A stretch of DNA of 53,743 nt from a virus (Duplodnaviria > Caudoviricetes). The DNA is taken from positions 1 through 53,743 of the IMG/VR virus record IMGVR_UViG_3300044724_007653; one strand, written 5' to 3'. Below the pieces are notes generated by a model. The model saw nothing but the letters and a program-made list of their open reading frames with translations, made no database searches and was not told the DNA's origin. How positions within the stretch are numbered: position 1 is the first letter of the stretch; each line of letters starts with the position of its first letter. The position numbers were made by a program, and so were the translations under genes. Below are positions 7,979 through 18,148 of this stretch, in pieces.

Positions 7979-8566
7979 ATGGCAGATTTAACTACTTTAA
8001 ATGATTATAAAGCCGCCGAAGGGATTAGTAGCCCGAAGGACGATGCTCGTTTAAATTTTCTTATTCCTTCTGTGAGTGAATTAGTAAAAACTTACTGTGG
8101 TAATAGTTTTGTAGATTATTATTCTACAAATAAAGTTGAAGCAATTAATATTGATTGGGATACGCATATTATACAATTAACAGAAAGCCCTGTAAATACA
8201 ATAGTTTCTGTAGAGGAGCGTGACTCGTATGGAAGTTCGTATATTACTCTTACTACAGGTGCTTATGAGTATTATTTAGATAGTGCTACTGATAGTGTAA
8301 TTCGTACAACAAATGGAAGCTATAAAAATTGGCGTCGCGGCCCAGGAGCAGTTCGAGTAACTTATACTGCGGGATACTCTGTACTACCGTCTGATCTGCG
8401 CCTAGCAGTATTTGATTTAGTTACATACTACTTGAAAGATGAGCACAAAGAGCGACGCACAATTGCTGGCGCTAGTATTCAGAATCAAGCAAGCTCAAGT
8501 CAGCGTAATAATGTGGCATTTCCTGACCATATTAAGCGCGTACTTGATTTATATAAAAACTTTTAA
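7979..8566 (+). CDS. head completion / head-tail adaptor (T5 p144-like)
   Basis: Follows the capsid gene. VKTYCG, VRVTYTAGY...P.DL.LA, FPDHIKRVLDLY motifs. Confidence 0.8.
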   Translation: MADLTTLNDYKAAEGISSPKDDARLNFLIPSVSELVKTYCGNSFVDYYSTNKVEAINIDWDTHIIQLTESPVNTIVSVEERDSYGSSYITLTTGAYEYYLDSATDSVIRTTNGSYKNWRRGPGAVRVTYTAGYSVLPSDLRLAVFDLVTYYLKDEHKERRTIAGASIQNQASSSQRNNVAFPDHIKRVLDLYKNF

Positions 8567-9915
8567 TGTCAAGTAGTAACTTAAAAGCATTTTTAGAAAA
8601 GTTACATACTGAATTAGCGCAGAAAGGGGCTTCAGACGCATATAGAAAAGCTGTAGGTAATAAAAAGACTCATATATTTACGTACAAAAGTTCCACAATT
8701 AGATTTGTATTAAAAGATTTATTAAATCGTTCTACTGGGGGAGCCACAAATGGTAGAGAAGCCTATAGAGCAATAGCAAAAGATTTAAAACCTTTAATAG
8801 CAAAGCTAACAAAAAGAATTCGTAATAATTTTGAACAACTTTCAAAAACGTCCCCGGATATTGAATATAAGCAAATTCCTGGAGGGGCAGAAGTAAGAGT
8901 TATAAAGTATGAAAAAACTAATAGAGATAACTACACTCTAATTACTAAAAAATATAAAAAAGCTTTAGATAATTTTTATCAAGATTTTTTAAATTTATTA
9001 GACAAGCCAATTACAAGGCCTAGTCAAAGTAAAAAAGACGTAGTTAGAGAAGTAACTACAGCAGGAGAAGCATTCAATTTAGAGCATATTAAAGGAAGTA
9101 ACATTGAGTCTTTTTTAAATGATACTATTTATAATGCTTTAAAAGAAACCTATGGAGATACTAAGCCTTCCGCTGCATTAAAAAAAGAATTAAAAAAGTA
9201 TGACGGAGAAACTATTTTAGATTTCTATAAAAATGCAGAAATAGGTGAAATAAATGTTACTATTCGAAGCCAAGTATTAAATGCTATAGCAGGCGGAGGC
9301 GCAGAAAAAGAGCTAGCTAAAAAATTAAAAAAAGCAGTAGAAAAATTACGAGCCCAAGATTTAAGTGGCTCAGATAGTTTAGTAGAGGGGCAGCGAAAAA
9401 AAGTACTTAAAACTGTGGTTAAGTCTTTTAAAAATAAAAAAGGCATTACAGTAAAGCATGAAAGTACTAAAATTAAAAAGGCAAAAAGTAATGCAACTTT
9501 AAAAAAGAAACCAAAAGTTTCTGCCCTTAAACAAGCAGCACCTGCTTTAGCAAGAAAAAGAAGAGTTAAAAATAAACAGGATTCAAAAGAAAAACGATCA
9601 ATGTTTTCTGTAATGGCAATGATGAATCAAAAATTGCCACAAACAGTAGAAAAGAATATGAAGAGTCCTGGACTCGAGAGTAGAACAGGTAGATTTGCAC
9701 AGAGTGTTAGATTAACTGATGTAAGTACAACTCGGCAAGGATTTCCTAGTTTTGGTTATACTTATCAAACCGATCCTTATCAAGTTTTTGAGATGGGAAG
9801 AGGCAAAAGCCCATGGTCAACGCCTCAGAGAGACCCTCGCACTGTTATTGATGCATCAATACGAGAAATAGCGGCAGAAATGGCAATAGGAAGATTTTAT
9901 ACTAGGAGAGTATAA
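8566..9915 (+). CDS. tail completion / neck protein (T5 p143-like), Lys-rich
   Basis: Synteny with T5. C-terminal L..RTGRFA.SV...PYQVFE...RDPR..I..SIREIA. Confidence 0.65.
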   Translation: MSSSNLKAFLEKLHTELAQKGASDAYRKAVGNKKTHIFTYKSSTIRFVLKDLLNRSTGGATNGREAYRAIAKDLKPLIAKLTKRIRNNFEQLSKTSPDIEYKQIPGGAEVRVIKYEKTNRDNYTLITKKYKKALDNFYQDFLNLLDKPITRPSQSKKDVVREVTTAGEAFNLEHIKGSNIESFLNDTIYNALKETYGDTKPSAALKKELKKYDGETILDFYKNAEIGEINVTIRSQVLNAIAGGGAEKELAKKLKKAVEKLRAQDLSGSDSLVEGQRKKVLKTVVKSFKNKKGITVKHESTKIKKAKSNATLKKKPKVSALKQAAPALARKRRVKNKQDSKEKRSMFSVMAMMNQKLPQTVEKNMKSPGLESRTGRFAQSVRLTDVSTTRQGFPSFGYTYQTDPYQVFEMGRGKSPWSTPQRDPRTVIDASIREIAAEMAIGRFYTRRV

Positions 9916-10367
9916 TGGCAGCGGAAAGAACTTTTACTAGCCGTAGAGCTGCTATTACAAAAGGTATTGCGGATAAGCTAGCCTTAATAAATGGTCAAGG
10001 AGCTTATCACTCTGCAGTTGCAGAAATAAGTCCTCGATTAAAATTTTGGGATGAAGTAGAGGAGTTTCCTGCAATTCATTTAAATGCAGGCTCCGAAACA
10101 AGAGAGTACCAAGGAGGCGGATATAAAGACCGTTTCTTAAATGTTACAATTCGATGTTATGTAAATCAAGAAGATGCGGTAGATGCTCTTGATGAATTAA
10201 TAGAAGACGTCGAAACAGTTTTAGAAGAAAATAGTAGGCTGGAATATTATGATCGATTAGGTCTTAAACAGCATACTCAACAAATCACAGTCATTAGTAT
10301 AGATACTGATGAAGGTGTATTAGAACCTTTAGGAGTCGCAGAAATTCTAATTGAGGTTCGATACTAG
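9915..10367 (+). CDS. tail terminator protein (T5 p142-like)
   Basis: Directly precedes the tail tube gene. FWDEV.EFP, ETREY, SI.TDEG.L.P motifs. Confidence 0.75.
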   Translation: MAAERTFTSRRAAITKGIADKLALINGQGAYHSAVAEISPRLKFWDEVEEFPAIHLNAGSETREYQGGGYKDRFLNVTIRCYVNQEDAVDALDELIEDVETVLEENSRLEYYDRLGLKQHTQQITVISIDTDEGVLEPLGVAEILIEVRY

Positions 10368-10427
10368 AAAATGCTGGCACGAACAAAAGTTCACGTCCAT
10401 GCCTTTTCAAGACATAGGAGATAATCT

Positions 10428-12056
10428 ATGGCAGATAAACTTTATTTTAGTCGCGACGCGAAACTGTACGTTGAGTTGACGGATATTGACGGAGATTTTC
10501 AAGGTCTTTGGGAAATTCCTATACTTGACGGTTTCAGTTTTTCGCAGAGCACAAATCAATCTGAAATCGGATTGAATGAAATGGAAAGTACTGCGGGTAT
10601 TAGCCGTCGGGGCCGACGTCTCTTTACGGACTCTTTGGCTCCCGCGGAATGGTCTTTCAGTACTTATGTACGACCAACAAATCGTGGTTCTAATAAAATG
10701 CACCTTGTAGACCAGGTTCTTTGGGCGGCAATGGCAGGGGCTGATGAATTTGGAGGAACAGGAGTAACAAATACTACTACTACCATTGAAGGAGATTATA
10801 CTAGATCAACAAATCCTGTAAATGGTGTTGGAGGTACTAGTGGTCTTGTATATGACGAAGTAGGTGCAACCCTTCCTTCAGACAGTACCGCTACAGGAGG
10901 CCTTTTAGGATTTCAAAACTCAAATAGATCTACTCTTCCTCAGATGACTTTATACTTTGTATTTGAGACGGATCCGGATGAGCCTATGGTTTATAAGCTA
11001 AGTAACTCGATTGTAAATGAGTGCTCTATTGATTTTGATATTGATGGAATTGCAACTGCTAACTGGTCTGGATTTGCAAAAGAAGTCGAAGACCTAAAGA
11101 GTCTTGGATTAGTTGCTGTAGCCAGCAGTGAGCCTTCTGTAGTTCAAGATAAAGTATGGTTAAACAGTGGATCTGACCTCAAACTTTATGTGCCTGTGGA
11201 TTCGGGCGGTAAGCCTGTTGGCAGTGCTGCTGTTCATGACGCCTATTACCCTGCAATTAGCAGCGGTGTAACCTCTACTAATAACTTTATTCGTAATCGC
11301 TTAACTCAATTATCTGTTCGAGGACGAAATCCTGATGTAATGGAAGGAAAGCCTGTTACACTTACTAATGTAACGAATGCATCTTCCGCAGTTATTACAG
11401 TAGGTACCGGCCATGGAGTAGTTGTTGGGGATACGATTTCATTTTCAGGAATAGTTGATGATAATACTTCGGGGAATAATGATCTTCAAGCCGCTTTAAA
11501 TGGAGTGAATCATACTGTCACTGCAGTCTCCTCAACAAGTATTACTATTTCTACAGATACTAGTAGTTTAGATGGTTATAGTAGTGGTGGAATTGTTCAT
11601 ACCGGTATTTATAACTTTACTCTTACCGGAGGTAATATTACAATTTCAAACAATGTAACTTATCTTGTGCCAGAAGAACTTGGCACAATTAATAAGCCGA
11701 TCGAAGGAGTAACAGGTTCACGATCAATTGGCGGAAACTTTACTTGCTATTTGGTATTTGATGATACCGGATCAGATGGTGATAATACTGGAGCATCCGC
11801 AGACTTTTTCTCAGACTTGGTAGACCCCACTAAAGGTCTGACAAAAGTTGTAAACGACTTTGATGTTACATTTAAAGTCGGGGGAACTGTTTCCGGGCAG
11901 CCTCGAATCAATATGAACTTCCCGAAAGTACACATTGATGTACCAACTCATAGTATTGAAGATGTTATTGCATTGGAAACAAACTTTGGTGCATATACTA
12001 ATGATTTTGATACTGTTGACGAGTTTAATCTCGAAGTATTTGGAGTTGATGCTTAA
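10428..12056 (+). CDS. major tail tube protein (T5 pb6-like) with inserted domain
   Basis: AGGAG Shine-Dalgarno. EIPILDGFSFSQ, SLAPAEWSFSTY, IDFDIDGIA, GGNITISNNVTYL.PE.LG motifs. Followed by a terminator. Confidence 0.85.
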   Translation: MADKLYFSRDAKLYVELTDIDGDFQGLWEIPILDGFSFSQSTNQSEIGLNEMESTAGISRRGRRLFTDSLAPAEWSFSTYVRPTNRGSNKMHLVDQVLWAAMAGADEFGGTGVTNTTTTIEGDYTRSTNPVNGVGGTSGLVYDEVGATLPSDSTATGGLLGFQNSNRSTLPQMTLYFVFETDPDEPMVYKLSNSIVNECSIDFDIDGIATANWSGFAKEVEDLKSLGLVAVASSEPSVVQDKVWLNSGSDLKLYVPVDSGGKPVGSAAVHDAYYPAISSGVTSTNNFIRNRLTQLSVRGRNPDVMEGKPVTLTNVTNASSAVITVGTGHGVVVGDTISFSGIVDDNTSGNNDLQAALNGVNHTVTAVSSTSITISTDTSSLDGYSSGGIVHTGIYNFTLTGGNITISNNVTYLVPEELGTINKPIEGVTGSRSIGGNFTCYLVFDDTGSDGDNTGASADFFSDLVDPTKGLTKVVNDFDVTFKVGGTVSGQPRINMNFPKVHIDVPTHSIEDVIALETNFGAYTNDFDTVDEFNLEVFGVDA

Positions 12057-12077
12057 TAATTATAACAAGTTTAACCT

Positions 12078-12100
12078 AAACCCGCTTCGGCGGGTTTTTT
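12078..12100 (+). terminator. intrinsic terminator after the tail tube gene
   Basis: AAACCCGC-TTCG-GCGGGTTTTTT. Confidence 0.92.
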
Positions 12101-12124
12101 CTTTCCAGGTGTTAAAAATAATTC

Positions 12125-12153
12125 TTGACATTTTTCCTTCCTTTCGTTATAAT
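12125..12153 (+). promoter_or_regulatory. sigma70-type promoter (late strand)
   Basis: TTGACA-17 nt-TATAAT preceded by AAAAATAATTC. Confidence 0.85.
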
Positions 12154-12191
12154 ATGTGGTATAAATCAATAAAAACCTTTAAGGACTAACT

Positions 12192-12620
12192 ATGACAGAC
12201 AAAAAAGAGCCTATCTCTCTCGCGAGTCTTATGACTCCAAGTAAAACGGTAACAATCGACTTTCCTGGATACTCAGGAATGAAAGTAGATCTCTGTTACT
12301 TGGCAAGAGAAGAGCTAATTAAACTTCGAAAGCGTTGTCTTACTACAAAATTTAATAGAAAGACAAGGCAGCCAGAAGAAGAGCTAGATGAAGAAAAGTT
12401 TTTAACAGAATACTGTAATGCAGTAATCAAAGGATGGAAAGGACTGAAATTTCGATACCTAGAAGAGCTTCTTTTGGTTGATATTTCTGGACAAGATCCT
12501 GATGATGAATTAATGTATACTCAAGAAAATGCAGAGCTTCTTATGAAGAATGCAAATGATTTTGATACATGGGTAACGGAATCAGTAGGTGACCTTGAAA
12601 ATTTTACGAGCAACAAGTAA
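12192..12620 (+). CDS. tail assembly chaperone (gpG equivalent)
   Basis: Between tail tube and tape measure genes. IKGWKGL motif; slippery site near the 3' end. Confidence 0.85.
   Translation: MTDKKEPISLASLMTPSKTVTIDFPGYSGMKVDLCYLAREELIKLRKRCLTTKFNRKTRQPEEELDEEKFLTEYCNAVIKGWKGLKFRYLEELLLVDISGQDPDDELMYTQENAELLMKNANDFDTWVTESVGDLENFTSNK
12599..12605 (+). other. -1 programmed ribosomal frameshift site A_AAT_TTT
   Basis: In-frame X_XXY_YYZ heptamer. The -1 frame stays open (YEQQVTEVRQLLEKY...) through to the stop at 13036. Confidence 0.75.
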
Positions 12621-13036
12621 CTGAAGTTCGACAGTTACTTGAAAAATACGTAAGAGAATCATCTCAGATAGACGTAGAAAAATATCTACGTATATGTGAG
12701 CAGTTGGGCCAAGAGCCTGACCCAGCCAAAATGCCGCTCGAGTCTTCTTCTTTTCCAGAAGAAGTTCAAGTGGCATTTTTTATATATGGATTACTGTCTG
12801 ATCGCTGGGATGGAATGTCAGGAACTTATTTAGGTAAAGACTGGAATAGTCTAGAGTATATATTTAAAATATACGAAATTGAAAATCAAAAAGAAGTATT
12901 TTTCTTCTTAAAAATTTATGAGAATCTTCTCATATCTTATAGAGCGGAAGAGGCAGAGAAAAAACGTAAAGCAGAGGAGCGCAAAGCTAAGTCTCCAGGA
13001 GGTGGAAAACAGTACACCCATAATGTTCGCGGCTGA
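12605..13036 (+). CDS. tail assembly chaperone frameshift extension (gpT equivalent)
   Basis: ORF 12704..13036 has only a TTG start and is open back to the slippery site. Confidence 0.75.
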   Translation, partial: YEQQVTEVRQLLEKYVRESSQIDVEKYLRICEQLGQEPDPAKMPLESSSFPEEVQVAFFIYGLLSDRWDGMSGTYLGKDWNSLEYIFKIYEIENQKEVFFFLKIYENLLISYRAEEAEKKRKAEERKAKSPGGGKQYTHNVRG

Positions 13037-16000
13037 TGGCAGGAAATGAAATCAATTTAACTCTTAAGATTACCGAAAAAGGTAATCTTAAAGTAGTTGG
13101 ACAAAATGCTGAAAGAGCGGCCGCTGGCTTAGATAAGGCTGGAAAGTCTGCTCGTACTGCTGATCGAAATATAAAAGGAGCTGCTCAAACTTCTGCAAAT
13201 GGTAGCAAAAACTTTTCTAAAATGGCGCAAGGCATCTCGGGGGGTCTTGTTCCTGCTTATGCAACTCTTGCTGCACAGATATTTGCAGTTAGTGCAGCTT
13301 TTAACTTTTTAAAAGACGCAGGCCAGCTAGGATTACTACAAAGCGGTCAAACTGCTTATGCCGCCGCAACAGGTATATCTCTTAGATCCTTAACAGAAGA
13401 TATACAAGCAGCAACTGAATCTCAACTAGGGTTTAGAGACGCTGCTCAAGCAGCAGCAATAGGCACTGCAGCTGGTTTAGATCCTACACAAATTACTCAA
13501 GTTGCAAAAGCAGCAAAAGATGCTTCTACTGTTCTTGGCAGAGATCTTACTGATTCTTTTAATCGGTTAACTAGAGGTATTACAAAAGCCGAACCAGAAT
13601 TATTAGATGAATTAGGTATTATTCTTAGACTAGATACTGCTACTCAAAACTACGCGGACGCTTTGGGAAGAAGCAAAGATTCCTTAACCGCTTTTGAAAG
13701 AAGCCAAGCAGTTGCAAATGAAGTTCTTACTCAAGCAGAAGAAAAATATGGGAAGGTACTAGCAGTAACTGGAGGGGGCGCAAATGAATTTGCAAAACTT
13801 TCAACAGCTTTTGAAGATATTGTAAATAATTTACGAAAATTTGCAGTAGACTTTTTAACACCTATTGCTACTACACTGCAAGAAATGCCGGGCCTTATTT
13901 TTGCAGCATTCGCCCCCTTTGGAGCTCAAGTATTAAAAACGGCACTGCCGGGATTGGAAAAAGTTAGCGGTGCTTTGGACAATATGGCAACTCGAGCTGA
14001 AAGTGCTTCCGAAAAAGCTCAAAAATCATTAAAAGAATCTCTTAAAGACGATGAGCTTGTAAAGGGCTCTGCAGTTTTACAACAGGCACTACAAAAAGAA
14101 GTACAAGCAAATGCACAAGCAAGACTTGCAGATGTACAGGCAAATAAAAACAGTCTTTTACAGAAGTTAAAAGATGGAAAACAACTAAGTAATGCTCAAA
14201 TTGTTCAAGTTCGTAAAAATTTGCAAGCAGAAGCTCGTGGTTACAAAATTAAGGATAAAGAAATTAAAGCAAGTTTGCACAGAACTTTAAATGAAATGGA
14301 ACGTTCAAATAAACTTACTACAAAAAAGATGGAACTTCATTTTAAAACTTTAAGTTTTTCAGTCCAAAAAACCTTTACAAATATTAAAACATCTGCAGCA
14401 GGTTTATTTGCAAGTCTTGTAAGAGGAGCACAGGCAGCAGGCGCAGGCATTTCTATGGCTCTAAGCGCCATTTCTTGGATTGGACTAATAGCTAGTCTGG
14501 GCGCTTTAGCTGTATCTTTTTTTCGTTCAGGAAAAGAGGCAGAAGATGCGGGACCTAAATACGATTATTTACAAAGTAAAGTAGAAACTCTTACAGCAGA
14601 GACAGAAGAATTTATTGCAGTTCAAAATATTTTAAATGATACTTTTGACTATGGTAATAAAGCAGTAGAAGCTTATGGAAAAAGACTATCAAATACTTCT
14701 ACTCAAAAATTGGGGGAAACTTTAAAAGGGTCAAAAGAACTAATAGCTATACAAAAAGAAATAACCGGAGTTATAGAGCAGGCACAAAAAGATCTTCCGG
14801 GGGCTGCTCGCGCATCGGAAGCTAGTCAGCGTACTTCTCAAAGCATTATAACCTCGGGTTCAGGAGCTTCTCCTGTGGCATTCTTATTTGCCCAGAGAGA
14901 AGAGAAGAAGTTATTAGAGGAAGTAACAGAAGTTAGAAAAAAAGCTACTATGGGCTTGCAGGAGTATATAGAGGGAAAAAAAGAAGAATTAACTCCTGCT
15001 GAAAATGCTTTAAAAATATTATTAGATGATAAAAAAGCTCTAGAAGGGATTACTAACGAACGGTTTAAGGCTAGTACTGTTGTTAATTCTTATAAAGCTT
15101 CTTTAGATGCATTGGCAAAAGGCCAAGAAGTAGATATAGAGTTATTACTAAAACAAAGAACGGCTGTAGAAAAATTAGCAGCAGAAATAAGCGAACTAAC
15201 TAGACTACAAAGCGAAAACTCAAGGGCTATTTCTACCGCGGAAGCTAGAGTCCTTCCTTTAAGTGAGTATGATCAATTATTAACAAATATGAACCAAGAG
15301 TTAAGGCTCTTGCAAGATATTGCATTTCAGTATGAAAACAATAGCGCAGGACGACAACTTACTGAAGGCGAGGAAAAAAGATTACAATTTTTAAAAGATA
15401 GAAAATCTTTAATAGAAAGTTTAGCAAATCTTGAGTTTAAAATTGCTAAAAATACCTTAGCAACAGATACAGCACTAATTACTGCTTCGAGAGGTAAAAC
15501 AAAGCTAGTTAAAGACGCTATAAGAGCAGAAGCGGATATAGTAAAAAGTAAAATAAAAGAGTTTGAATTAAGTGAAAAAATTAGACAAGCAACTAAGCTA
15601 ATGGGCGAAGATGCTCAAGCTATTAAAGAGGCCCAAGCTGCTCGAGACCGTGGAGAGACTTTAACTAGAGAACAAGAAACCTTGCTCTCTACTAATGTAG
15701 CTAGAGAAAGATCTATTGAGCTTGCAGCAGCAGAGTTAGGTCTTACTCAAGAAAAAACAGCAGAATTAGAACTTCAAAAAAATACCTTATTTCAACTTCA
15801 ACAAGCAGCTCTTCAAGCCTTTGAAACAAGTGTTCAAAGTAACTTAGCTTCCTTAATAAAGGGGGATGAAAGCAGTTTAAAAGATGCAATGCTTTCCATT
15901 GCCCAATCAACCCTATCAGCCGTTGCAGATACCTTAGCTCAGCAAATGACGCAGGGATTAATGGAAAGTCTTTTTGGAATAATTTCCCCAGAAGAAAGAA

Positions 16001-16770
16001 TTAAGCAAAAAATGTTAGAAGCAGCAGAAGAACACGGTAGAATTGTACAAGCAGCTGTAAAAGGGGAGAGTATAACTCCGTTAGGAGAAATTCAAAAAAC
16101 AGCAATGGGCAATGAAAGCTCTACAACTCCCGAGAAAAAGAGTATAATGGAAAAGCTTTTTGGAGCCCCAAGCCAGAGAGAGGTCCCACAGGAAGGAGCA
16201 GATGTAAAAATTGTTGGAAATAGAGGAGGAAGCGTAAATCGATTCTTAGGAGATTTTGCTGCCATTTTTGACAAAAATGCAGAGGGCGGCCTTGTAGAAA
16301 AATTAGGAAATGTATTTGCATCTGGAGGGGATATATTTAAAGACATATTCTCATCTCTTCCAGATCTTTTAGGCAAGCTATTCGGGGGAGGAGGTGCTGG
16401 AGGGCTATTAACTTTATTTGGCTTTGCGAACGGCGGAATTGCAAAAGGTGGATTTAGAACTGCAGCATATGCAACAGGAGGAGTCGCGAAGAGCCCCACA
16501 ATTGGTCTTGTAGGTGAAGGTAAATATAATGAAGCAATTGTTCCTCTACCAGATGGCAAATCAATTCCTGTAATGATGGGCAAAGGAGCGGGGCAACAAA
16601 ACAATGTTGTAGTAAATGTTTCAATTGATGGAAATGGAAATAGCAATCAAAATACAGAAGGAGATCAACAAGGAATGGATTTAGGAAAAGTCATTGCTAG
16701 CGCTGTGCAACAAGAGCTTTTAAATCAGAAAAGACAGGGCGGCATTCTTAATCCGAACGGAGTAGCATAA
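13036..16770 (+). CDS. tape measure protein
   Basis: 1244 aa, Ala/Leu/Glu/Lys helical composition with hydrophobic segments. C-terminal FANGG...GEG..EAIVPL motif. Follows the chaperones. Confidence 0.92.
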   Translation: MAGNEINLTLKITEKGNLKVVGQNAERAAAGLDKAGKSARTADRNIKGAAQTSANGSKNFSKMAQGISGGLVPAYATLAAQIFAVSAAFNFLKDAGQLGLLQSGQTAYAAATGISLRSLTEDIQAATESQLGFRDAAQAAAIGTAAGLDPTQITQVAKAAKDASTVLGRDLTDSFNRLTRGITKAEPELLDELGIILRLDTATQNYADALGRSKDSLTAFERSQAVANEVLTQAEEKYGKVLAVTGGGANEFAKLSTAFEDIVNNLRKFAVDFLTPIATTLQEMPGLIFAAFAPFGAQVLKTALPGLEKVSGALDNMATRAESASEKAQKSLKESLKDDELVKGSAVLQQALQKEVQANAQARLADVQANKNSLLQKLKDGKQLSNAQIVQVRKNLQAEARGYKIKDKEIKASLHRTLNEMERSNKLTTKKMELHFKTLSFSVQKTFTNIKTSAAGLFASLVRGAQAAGAGISMALSAISWIGLIASLGALAVSFFRSGKEAEDAGPKYDYLQSKVETLTAETEEFIAVQNILNDTFDYGNKAVEAYGKRLSNTSTQKLGETLKGSKELIAIQKEITGVIEQAQKDLPGAARASEASQRTSQSIITSGSGASPVAFLFAQREEKKLLEEVTEVRKKATMGLQEYIEGKKEELTPAENALKILLDDKKALEGITNERFKASTVVNSYKASLDALAKGQEVDIELLLKQRTAVEKLAAEISELTRLQSENSRAISTAEARVLPLSEYDQLLTNMNQELRLLQDIAFQYENNSAGRQLTEGEEKRLQFLKDRKSLIESLANLEFKIAKNTLATDTALITASRGKTKLVKDAIRAEADIVKSKIKEFELSEKIRQATKLMGEDAQAIKEAQAARDRGETLTREQETLLSTNVARERSIELAAAELGLTQEKTAELELQKNTLFQLQQAALQAFETSVQSNLASLIKGDESSLKDAMLSIAQSTLSAVADTLAQQMTQGLMESLFGIISPEERIKQKMLEAAEEHGRIVQAAVKGESITPLGEIQKTAMGNESSTTPEKKSIMEKLFGAPSQREVPQEGADVKIVGNRGGSVNRFLGDFAAIFDKNAEGGLVEKLGNVFASGGDIFKDIFSSLPDLLGKLFGGGGAGGLLTLFGFANGGIAKGGFRTAAYATGGVAKSPTIGLVGEGKYNEAIVPLPDGKSIPVMMGKGAGQQNNVVVNVSIDGNGNSNQNTEGDQQGMDLGKVIASAVQQELLNQKRQGGILNPNGVA

Positions 16771-17168
16771 TGGCAGTCTATAAAATAAAAATACCTGTAA
16801 GAGGATATGATGGAACAAATCCTACTTCTGCCACCGAAATCGCTGTAGATAGAAACTCAACAAGGCAAGTAAAACAAAGAATTCTTACTGCTCAATTTGG
16901 TGACGGATACTCTCAAAGAGTAAAAAATGGAATAAATCCTACTGATGAAACTTTTAATGTAAAATTTTCAAATCGTTCAAGAGAAGAAGTAAATAACTTG
17001 GCAGCATTTTTAAATAGACAAGCAGGAAAGCATTTCGAGCTAGTAATTACAGAATACGATGATACAGATGTAACTATTAAAGTATTATCAGAACAGTATA
17101 ATATTAATTATACAAATACTGAAATACATACACTTACAACAACTTTAAAGAGAGTTTATGAGCCGTGA
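16770..17168 (+). CDS. distal tail protein (lambda gpM-like)
   Basis: AQFGDGYSQR...GIN motif; C-terminal RVYEP. Confidence 0.85.
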   Translation: MAVYKIKIPVRGYDGTNPTSATEIAVDRNSTRQVKQRILTAQFGDGYSQRVKNGINPTDETFNVKFSNRSREEVNNLAAFLNRQAGKHFELVITEYDDTDVTIKVLSEQYNINYTNTEIHTLTTTLKRVYEP

Positions 17169-18148
17169 CAGATTTAGTAGATACCGTACAAAAGCAAGAA
17201 ATAGTAGACGGAGACGGAAACCTAGACTCTCTTGTCGAGCTATTTGATATAACTCTTCCAGGATACGCTTCCGGGGATCTTGCAGGAACTTTTTATCTTT
17301 TTAATGGCACAGATTTAGAGCAAGCAGGAAATAAAATAGAATTTGCTCAGAATGAGTATGAAGCGATTCCAATTCAAATAACCGGAATAGAAATTGCCTC
17401 TTCTGGAGCCATTGCGAGACCCACTTTAACTGTTGCAAATATTCCCGTACTTACAAAAACTCGAGACAGTAGCGAGACTGTTCTGCAAAGTATAAGAAAC
17501 GCTACAGACTTAGACCTTCCTTTTGAAAGAAATGATGATTTAATTGGAACCCGTGTAGTTTATAGGCAGGCTTTTTTATCCGATTGTAATACGGGCGATG
17601 GTTTTTCTAATGAAATGCCTACTCAGACTTACTATATAGATAGAATTTCTTCTGAAAATAATATCTTTGTAACATTTGAGCTGGCTTCTCCAATGGACCT
17701 GGAGAGAGTGACAATTCCTGCTAGAGAAGTTATTGGCCAATACTGTCCTTGGCAGTATCAAGGAAGAGATTTAGGCCTTGGAGGGGGTTGTACTTGGAGG
17801 TACAAAGAGAGTGAGCAGCATAGATTTTTTCGAAAAGATGACACAGAAATAACAGGAACTATAAATACTTGGAGTGCAACCTATAATAATCCCAATGGCT
17901 ACTCTGCGGGGGACATAGTAAAAACAACAGATGGAATTACAAGTAGAGTTCAAATATGGGAAGCACTTTTTGATAACTATGAAAAAGACCCTCGAACAAA
18001 TAGACAGTATTGGAAACGAATTGATTTATGTGGAAAAACAATAAATTCTTGTAAAATTCGTTTTCAAGGAAATAATTCAGATGATACTTTAAATACAGAA
18101 GTACCTTTACCTTTTGGAGGCTTCCCAGGATCGAAGAAGTTTAAGTGA
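17165..18148 (+). CDS. minor tail protein L (lambda gpL-like)
   Basis: RPTLTVAN, FELASP.D, CPWQY..C, C.K...SC..RF, PFGGFPG. Four Cys consistent with the gpL Fe-S ligands. Confidence 0.9.
   Translation: MTDLVDTVQKQEIVDGDGNLDSLVELFDITLPGYASGDLAGTFYLFNGTDLEQAGNKIEFAQNEYEAIPIQITGIEIASSGAIARPTLTVANIPVLTKTRDSSETVLQSIRNATDLDLPFERNDDLIGTRVVYRQAFLSDCNTGDGFSNEMPTQTYYIDRISSENNIFVTFELASPMDLERVTIPAREVIGQYCPWQYQGRDLGLGGGCTWRYKESEQHRFFRKDDTEITGTINTWSATYNNPNGYSAGDIVKTTDGITSRVQIWEALFDNYEKDPRTNRQYWKRIDLCGKTINSCKIRFQGNNSDDTLNTEVPLPFGGFPGSKKFK

Noticed and set aside
16092-16646. 184-aa antisense ORF in the tape measure gene
   Set aside because: Pro/Phe-rich mirror of Gly/Lys codons on the sense strand; no RBS or recognisable motif.
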